Shown here one piece after another: positions 1 to 5,228 of a DNA stretch of 10,344 nt; positions within the stretch are counted from its first letter, which is position 1; each line of letters begins with the position of its first letter. The DNA is from Candidatus Geohabitans tengchongensis (GTDB lineage Bacteria > Sysuimicrobiota > Sysuimicrobiia > Sysuimicrobiales > Humicultoraceae), in assembly GCA_031459625.1 (NCBI GenBank), contig JAVKIH010000043.1:1-10344 (forward strand), in the 5' to 3' direction. Position numbers and translations under genes: made by a program. Below the pieces are notes generated by a model. The model had not been told where the DNA came from and did no database searches. It saw nothing but the letters and a program-made list of their open reading frames with translations.

Positions 1-346
1 TGACCGATCAGGGCAGCGAGTACCGGGGGGCGTTCGATCAGACCTGTCGGGCGCTGGGGATCCAGCACACGCGGACCCAACCCCGCCATGCCTGGACCAA
101 CGGCTTCGTCGAGCGCCTGCAAGGCACCATCCTGAGCGAGCTGTGGCGCCTGGAGTTCCGCCGACGCTTCTTCACCCGCGTGGCGACCATGCAGGACGCT
201 CTGGATCGCTACCTGACGTTCTACAATCACCAGCGTTCCCACCTGGGGTATCGGACTCGAGGTCGTACCCCTGGCGAGCTCTTCATGCACCACAAGGAAG
301 GTCTCCTCATGAGCAAGGTGTCAACACCCTTCCGCAACTTGACACA
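1..346 (+). mobile_element. 3' end of an IS481-family insertion sequence (copy A, truncated by the window start)
   Basis: Encodes an rve/DDE transposase C-terminus. Ends in a 26-bp terminal repeat at 319-344 (reverse complement TGTCAAGTTGCGGAAGGGTGTTGACA) that matches the right-hand element's end at 20/26 positions. The exact end is ambiguous (344, 346 or 348) because of a CA run. Confidence 0.85.
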
Positions 347-434
347 CACTAGGGACGGATCGAGGGTAGCGGCGCGAGCCGCACTCCCTCGACCAGCATG
401 CGCACGCTGGGCGCCGCCGGTTGGGGCCAGGTGA
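3..434 (+). CDS. IS481-family transposase, C-terminal part (5'-partial)
   Basis: The frame from base 3 reads TDQGSEYRGAF...HTRTQPRHAWTNGFVERLQGTIL...YNHQRSHLGY, covering the second D and the E of the DDE triad plus the YNxxRxH motif. There is no stop until TGA at 432-434, outside the IS end. Confidence 0.88.
   Translation, partial: TDQGSEYRGAFDQTCRALGIQHTRTQPRHAWTNGFVERLQGTILSELWRLEFRRRFFTRVATMQDALDRYLTFYNHQRSHLGYRTRGRTPGELFMHHKEGLLMSKVSTPFRNLTHTRDGSRVAARAALPRPACARWAPPVGAR
319..344 (-). repeat. Right terminal inverted repeat of IS copy A
   Basis: TGT-initiated 26-mer with TGTCAA...TTGACA self-complementary ends. It is homologous to 9911-9936. Confidence 0.8.
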
Positions 435-1500
435 CCCGCACGGTCGTCCCGGCGGGCGGCACCTCGACCACGCGCATCTGCTGCAGGCGGATCCGATCCC
501 CGATCCCGGTGGCGAGCACCCGTGCGCGCACGCTGGCGATCGGGAAGCCTGCCGCGTCGCTGATGCGCAGGCAGAGGAGGTGCGCAGCCGCGCGGCCCGC
601 CGGCACCAGGCTGCCGGTGACCTGCACGCGGCGCCGGGCGAGCCCGAGGTAGAGCTGGGGATCGACGGGGGCGAGCGCGCTGTGCCCCGCTCCGGGCGCG
701 GGGGCCAGGACCTGGGCCTGCACCCAGAAGACGGGCGGCGTCGTGCCGAGCCGCGCACGGAAGCCGCCGACGTCGTCGGGCTCGACCGGACCCTGCACGG
801 CCACCGCCGTGCGCACCAGGACACGCCCGTCCACGCCGAAGCCCACCACCTCGAGGCGCACCTCGGCCGGGTCATCCCCCGTGTTCTCGACCTCGCCGTC
901 CACGACCAGCTCCTCCCCCTCCAGGCGGGCCTCCAGGGAGACGACCTCCAGCGGTGCCGGGGACGGGGCGGGAGGCGGAGGCATCCGGGGTGTGGGCAGC
1001 GGGGCGGCGGGCGGACAGGCGCGGTCGGGAGGGGGAGAGGCGGGAGGAGCGCCCGGTCCGCCAGGGGTGGACGACGCGCCCGGGGCCCCAGAGAGACGGC
1101 GCAGCCAGGCGGCCGCAGCCTCGGCGTAGCCCGTCCCCGGAGCCTCTCGCCGCACGCGCTCGAAGGCGACTCGGGCTCTCACCTCGTCCCTCTGCCGGGC
1201 ATAGGCCACTCCAAGGTAGAAGCGTGCAGGGACGAAGCGCGGCGCCAGGGTGAGGGCCCGGCGCAGGGCCTGGACGGCGGGGCCGAGCTGGCCCAGCTGG
1301 AGGCGGGCGGCGCCCAGCCAGGTCCACGCCCGCGCGTCGTTGGGATGCTGCCGCACGGCGCGGGCAAGGACTGCGGCGGCGTCGGCATAGCGGCCCGCCT
1401 GATAGAGGGCGATGCCCTCCTCCAGTGGCGTGGCACCCTGGGCAGGGAGCGCCAGCACCAGGAGGAGCCCGACCAGCAGCACCACGCAGAGGCGAGTCAT
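349..1500 (-). CDS. Secreted tetratricopeptide-repeat protein with a Pro-rich linker and C-terminal beta-rich (FxLYD-like/Ig-like) domain(s)
   Basis: ATG at 1500 is preferred over the ORF-track start at 1596 because it opens a signal peptide (MTRLCVVLLVGLLLVLALPAQG) and has GAGGG upstream. About 3 TPR units follow (GIALYQAGRYADAAAVL; AWTWLGAARLQLGQLGPAVQALRRALTLAP; ARFYLGVAYARQ), then a PPASPPP...PPPPAPSPAP linker, then VDGEVENTGDDPAEVRLEVVGFGVDGRVL, which resembles the FxLYD domain pattern. 383 aa. Confidence 0.8.
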   Translation of the reverse strand: MTRLCVVLLVGLLLVLALPAQGATPLEEGIALYQAGRYADAAAVLARAVRQHPNDARAWTWLGAARLQLGQLGPAVQALRRALTLAPRFVPARFYLGVAYARQRDEVRARVAFERVRREAPGTGYAEAAAAWLRRLSGAPGASSTPGGPGAPPASPPPDRACPPAAPLPTPRMPPPPAPSPAPLEVVSLEARLEGEELVVDGEVENTGDDPAEVRLEVVGFGVDGRVLVRTAVAVQGPVEPDDVGGFRARLGTTPPVFWVQAQVLAPAPGAGHSALAPVDPQLYLGLARRRVQVTGSLVPAGRAAAHLLCLRISDAAGFPIASVRARVLATGIGDRIRLQQMRVVEVPPAGTTVRVTWPQPAAPSVRMLVEGVRLAPLPSIRP

Positions 1501-1749
1501 GGCCACCGCCCTCGACACGGCTCTGCTTCCCCGACGCCACGTGGACTTCCTCTCGTCTGGTCTGTCATTGGGCGGATCCCGTATCTCGCGCTGCACCGGC
1601 GGGCGCCTCCACGCGGCGACCTCGTCGCTCTTCCCCTCGGAGCGGCGGCGCTCGTTCCCTGGACTCCGTCGGCGGCGGGGAGCGGGACCGGCGGGTACCT
1701 ATTCCCGGATCCGCACGGTCTGTAGGTGATCTCTCCGACCAGGGAGGGC

Positions 1750-2130
1750 TCAGTATACGTTCCGTCGGGCGATCCTGGCCTCTACCAGGTCCTCCTCCGC
1801 CTTCAGCCCTGCGTAGGCCCAGACGACGGGGGCCAGCAGCCCGCCCGAGATGAAGACCAGGACAAGCAGGATGCCGGCGTGCACCCACAGGCCCACCAGG
1901 AGGTACCAGATGGGGCCCAGCAGCAGGGCCGGCCAGTGCACCTGGAGACGGTTGGGGAAGGGGCGGTAGTAGAGGTCGGCAGGGTCCTCCGCCCGCGCCG
2001 GGGCGATGGGGATTTCGCGCGCCAGGGCCGCGCGGAAGGCCCGCGCGGGGCGGGCCTGGCTGTAGCCCAGCCACAGGCTGAGGGCCAGCCCGGCCAGCCC
2101 GGCCAGGACCACGAGCCAGAAGGTGGGCAT
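1750..2130 (-). CDS. Small membrane protein, DUF2628-like
   Basis: 126 aa with GGAGGT RBS at 2135-2140. It has an N-terminal hydrophobic helix, HWPALLLGPIWYLLVGLW (resembles the DUF2628 NWxAxxxGPxWxxYRxMW pattern) and further hydrophobic segments. Confidence 0.7.
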   Translation of the reverse strand: MPTFWLVVLAGLAGLALSLWLGYSQARPARAFRAALAREIPIAPARAEDPADLYYRPFPNRLQVHWPALLLGPIWYLLVGLWVHAGILLVLVFISGGLLAPVVWAYAGLKAEEDLVEARIARRNVY

Positions 2131-2210
2131 CGGGACCTCCAGGCCGCGAGCGTCCGCCCCGGCCGGTCACATCCCCGTCCGGCCGGCGGGCGTCAGCACG
2201 CGGGCGTCGC

Positions 2211-2284
2211 TGGAGCGGGGAACGGGAATCGAACCCGCATCACCGGCTTGGAAGGCCGGAGCTCTGCCATTGAGCTATCCCCGC
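2211..2284 (-). tRNA. tRNA-Gly (anticodon TCC)
   Basis: GCGGGGA TAGCTCAATGGCAGAGC T CCGGC CTTCCAA GCCGG TGAT GCGGG TTCGATT CCCGT TCCCCGC TCCA forms a full cloverleaf of 74 nt with U73 and encoded CCA. Confidence 0.97.
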
Positions 2285-2290
2285 GACGGC

Positions 2291-2377
2291 TGGTGGGCGG
2301 GGAAGGATTCGAACCTCCGAAGGCATTCCGCCAGCTGATCTACAGTCAGCCCCGTTTGGCCGCTTCGGTACCCGCCC
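2291..2377 (-). tRNA. tRNA-Tyr (anticodon GTA)
   Basis: GGGCGGG acceptor stem pairs with CCCGCCC-A-CCA. The anticodon arm is GCTGA CTGTAGA TCAGC, with a long variable arm and TTCGAAT T-loop. 87 nt. Confidence 0.96.
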
Positions 2378-2389
2378 ACGACCACGTCC

Positions 2390-2417
2390 ATTATAGCGCG
2401 GTGCCCGGCGGTAGCAC
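2390..2417 (-). promoter_or_regulatory. Sigma70/sigmaA-type promoter of the tRNA-Tyr/tRNA-Gly pair
   Basis: Perfect TATAAT (2395-2390) lies 12 nt upstream of the tRNA-Tyr 5' end in a very GC-rich context. There is only a weak -35 candidate (GTGCTA, 2417-2412, 16-nt spacer). Confidence 0.75.
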
Positions 2418-2568
2418 GGCGCCCGGCGGCGGCGAGGTGTGCAGGGGCGCGGGCGGGACGCGGCGGCTGGGGCGGCACACCGCCGCCGCGTGGGCCGGGA
2501 GCAGGAGTCCACGCGGATTCCCGCGAAGAGACGCGCGGACCGTGCACGAGGCGCCGCGTCCGCGGCAG

Positions 2569-2579
2569 AAAGGAGGTGA
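2569..2579 (+). promoter_or_regulatory. Strong Shine-Dalgarno sequence of the HU gene
   Basis: AAAGGAGGTGA directly upstream of ATG 2583. Confidence 0.85.
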
Positions 2580-2582
2580 CGC

Positions 2583-2855
2583 ATGAACAAGGAGCAGCTG
2601 GTGGAGAAGGTGGCCGCCAAGACCGGGCTCACCAAGAAGGACGTCCTGGAGACGGTGAACACCACCCTCGACACGATCACATCGACGCTCCGCCGGGGCG
2701 AGAAGGTCACGCTGGTGGGCTTCGGCACCTTCCTCGTCCGCCGCCGGGCCGCCCGTGAAGGGCGCAACCCGCAGACCGGCGCGAAGATCCGGATTCCGGC
2801 CAAGCGCGTGCCGGCGTTCACTGCCGGCAAGGAGCTCAAGTCCGCCATCAGGTAG
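2583..2855 (+). CDS. hup: HU-family DNA-binding protein
   Basis: 90 aa with MNKEQLV start, GEKVTLVGFGTF, R.AREGRNPQTG and IPAKRVPAFTAGKELK, the canonical HU/IHF signature. Confidence 0.97.
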   Translation: MNKEQLVEKVAAKTGLTKKDVLETVNTTLDTITSTLRRGEKVTLVGFGTFLVRRRAAREGRNPQTGAKIRIPAKRVPAFTAGKELKSAIR

Positions 2856-2910
2856 GCCCCCGTTCCTGCCCTCCGCCGGACACCGGCGGAGGCCCGGCGC
2901 ACCGGTGCGA

Positions 2911-2947
2911 CGTGGAGGCGGGCTGTGGCCTGCCTTCACGCTTTTTC
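2911..2947 (+). terminator. Rho-independent terminator after the HU gene
   Basis: CGTGGAGGCGGGC-TGTG-GCCTGCCTTCACG forms a 13-bp stem (two G-U pairs) followed by CTTTTTC. Confidence 0.75.
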
Positions 2948-3017
2948 TGCAGGGGACGTCCCCCGGGATTGCGGGGGCGGACGGGGAGCGGTGGGAAGGT
3001 CCGCGAGGAGGGAAGCC

Positions 3018-3875
3018 GTGGGGGCGAGGATCCTGGACGGCCGGCGCCTGGCCGCCACCGTCGAGGCGGCGCTGGCCACCGAGGCGTCGGAGGCGATCCG
3101 CCGGGCCGGGGTGAGCCCGGGGCTGGCGGCCATCCTGGTGGGGGACGATCCCGCCTCGTCCCTCTACGTCCGGCGCAAGGCGGAGGCGTGCGGCCGGGTG
3201 GGCTTCCGCTCGGAGACCTTCCACCTGCCCGCCGACACACCGGAGGAGGAGGTGCTGGCCCTCGTCGACGAGCTCAACCGGCGCCCGGAGGTCCACGGCA
3301 TCCTCCCCCAGCAGCCTATGCCCGCCCACATCGACCCCTGGCGCGTCTTCGCCCGCATCCACCCCGACAAGGACGTGGACGGACTCGGGCCGGCCAACCT
3401 GGGCGCGCTGCTGGCCGGCGCCCCCGGGCTGCGCCCCGCCACGCCGCAGGGGATCCTGGCGCTCATCGCCCACGCCGGGATCGACCCGGCCGGGCGGCGC
3501 GCGGTGGTGGTGGGGCGCAGCCTCATCGTGGGGAAACCGACCGCGCTCCTGCTGCTGGCCGCGCACGCCACCGTGACCGTCTGCCACACCCGCACCCCCG
3601 ACCTGGCCGAGCACACCCGCCAGGCGGAGATCCTGGTGGTGGCGGCCGGGCGGCCGCGGCTCGTCACCGGCGCGATGGTCCGGCCCGGGGCGGTGGTCGT
3701 CGACGTGGGCGTGAACCGCGTGGACGGCCGGCTCGTGGGCGACGTGGACCGCGCCAGCGTCGAGCCGGTGGCCGCCGCCCTCACCCCGGTGCCGGGCGGT
3801 GTGGGGCCGATGACCATCGCCATGCTACTGCGCAACACGTGGGAGGCCTACCGCCGCCAGGTTCTGCTACCATAG
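3018..3875 (+). CDS. folD: Bifunctional methylenetetrahydrofolate dehydrogenase/cyclohydrolase
   Basis: GTG 3018 follows GAGGAGGG. Motifs: ARILDG, PGLAAILVGDDPASSLYVRRK (YxxxK), KDVDG, GRSLIVGKP, ATVTVCH, VVDVGVNR, LVGDV, TPVPGGVGPMTIAMLL. 285 aa. Confidence 0.97.
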   Translation: MGARILDGRRLAATVEAALATEASEAIRRAGVSPGLAAILVGDDPASSLYVRRKAEACGRVGFRSETFHLPADTPEEEVLALVDELNRRPEVHGILPQQPMPAHIDPWRVFARIHPDKDVDGLGPANLGALLAGAPGLRPATPQGILALIAHAGIDPAGRRAVVVGRSLIVGKPTALLLLAAHATVTVCHTRTPDLAEHTRQAEILVVAAGRPRLVTGAMVRPGAVVVDVGVNRVDGRLVGDVDRASVEPVAAALTPVPGGVGPMTIAMLLRNTWEAYRRQVLLP

Positions 3876-3881
3876 CACGAG

Positions 3882-5222
3882 GTGTCCCTGGACTTCCTCT
3901 TCGGCCTGCTCGACGCCGAGCGCTACCCGCGGCACCACGCGCGCGAGGCGGGGCTCGTGCGCATCGCCCGCCTGCTCCGGCGGCTGGACCGGCCGCAGCG
4001 GGACCTGCGCGTGGTGCTGGTGGCCGGGACCAAGGGCAAGGGGTCGACGGCGGCGATGCTGGCGGCGGTGGAGCAGGCGGCAGGGCGGCGGGTCGGGCTC
4101 TACGTCAAGCCACACCTGGTGGACTACCGGGAGCGCATCCGGGTGGACGGCGCGCTGATCTCGCCGGAGGCCCTCGACCGGGCCATCGCGCACGTGCGCC
4201 CGCACGTCGAGGCGGCGACGGCCGACCCCGAGGGCGTTCCCACCTACTTCGAGGTCTCGGTGGCGCTGGCGCTCCACCACTTCCGGGAGGCGGCAGTGGA
4301 CCTGGCCGTGCTGGAGGTGGGCATCGGCGGGCGCCTCGACGCCACCAACGTGACCGACCCGCTCCTCGGCGTGATCACGTCGATCAGCCGCGACCACGTC
4401 GACCGCCTGGGCCCCGACCTCGGCGGCATCGCCCGGGAGAAGGCGGGGATCGCCCGGCCGGGGCGCCCGCTGGTCGTGGCTCCCCAGGGCCCGGAGGCCA
4501 CGGCGGCGGTGAGCGCCGCGGCGGCGCAGGCCGGTGCGGTGCTGGTGCCGGTGGCCTCCCGGGCGCGCTGGGAGCCAGCGGCGATGACGCCGGCGGGCCA
4601 GGCCTTCACCCTGCGCACGGACGGCCCGCAGGGGAACGACTACGGGCGGCTGTGGGTGCCGCTCGTGGGGCGCCACCAGCTGGTGAACGCCGCCACGGCG
4701 GTGGTGGCGGCCGAGGTGCTGGCCGCCGATGGGCCGGCGCTGCCTGCCGACGCGGTCCGGCGGGGGCTGGAGCGCCTGGAGTGGCCGGGGCGCGTGGAGG
4801 TGGTGCGCCGCGGGCCCGACGTCGTGGTGGACGTGGCCCACAACCCCGCCTCCATGGGGGCCCTGCGCGACGCCCTGCTGGAGCTGTGGCCCGGGCGCCG
4901 GGTGGTGCTGGTCGCAGGCATGGTCGAGGGACACGACGCCGCAGCCACCGTCGAGCTCATCGCTCCCCTGGCGTCGGCCGCCGTGGCCACCGAGCCGCAG
5001 CACGTGCGCCCCATCCCCGCGCGTGACCTGGCCGCCCTGCTGCGCCGGCACGTCCGGCAGGTCGAGGTCCGGCCCGACCGGGCCGGCGCCGTGGCCCGGG
5101 GCCTGGCGCTGGCCGGCCCGGACGGCCTGCTCGTGGTCACCGGGTCTTTCTACCTCGTCGGCGAGGCCCGTCGCTGGCTGGTCCGCGCCGAGGCCGCGCC
5201 CCTGGGCGTGGCGGCGACCTGA
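3882..5222 (+). CDS. folC: Folylpolyglutamate synthase / dihydrofolate synthase
   Basis: P-loop VAGTKGKGST, KPHLVDYRERI, TYFE, LEVGIGGRLDATNV, DHVDRLG, EKAGI, GRHQLVNA, WPGRVE, DVAHNP and VTGSFYLVG. The exact start codon is uncertain. Confidence 0.95.
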   Translation: MSLDFLFGLLDAERYPRHHAREAGLVRIARLLRRLDRPQRDLRVVLVAGTKGKGSTAAMLAAVEQAAGRRVGLYVKPHLVDYRERIRVDGALISPEALDRAIAHVRPHVEAATADPEGVPTYFEVSVALALHHFREAAVDLAVLEVGIGGRLDATNVTDPLLGVITSISRDHVDRLGPDLGGIAREKAGIARPGRPLVVAPQGPEATAAVSAAAAQAGAVLVPVASRARWEPAAMTPAGQAFTLRTDGPQGNDYGRLWVPLVGRHQLVNAATAVVAAEVLAADGPALPADAVRRGLERLEWPGRVEVVRRGPDVVVDVAHNPASMGALRDALLELWPGRRVVLVAGMVEGHDAAATVELIAPLASAAVATEPQHVRPIPARDLAALLRRHVRQVEVRPDRAGAVARGLALAGPDGLLVVTGSFYLVGEARRWLVRAEAAPLGVAAT

Positions 5223-5228
5223 GCGGCT

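Noticed and set aside
950..1090. G-rich runs suggesting a repeat array or G-quadruplex
   Set aside because: They are explained by the proline-rich linker codons of the minus-strand TPR gene.
1501..1749. 249-bp intergenic region with GGTCTGT direct repeats (1559, 1717) and a GCGGATCC/GGATCCGC inverted pair, considered as a possible riboswitch or operator
   Set aside because: The repeats are only 7-8 bp and irregularly placed. I recognise no c-di-GMP, c-di-AMP or other aptamer consensus.
349..2230. Genomic island integrated at the tRNA-Gly 3' end
   Set aside because: No integrase, no duplicated tRNA 3' end and no evident compositional shift are visible in the window.
2948..3017. Possible ZMP/ZTP or THF riboswitch before folD (GGGGAGCG and GGTGGGAA words)
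   Set aside because: The words are in the wrong order for the ZTP aptamer, the GACUGGCG and CGCCUGGG elements are absent, and I see no THF aptamer pattern.
2925..3017. Longer folD start given by the ORF track
   Set aside because: It begins inside the terminator hairpin. FolD similarity and a good RBS point to GTG 3018.
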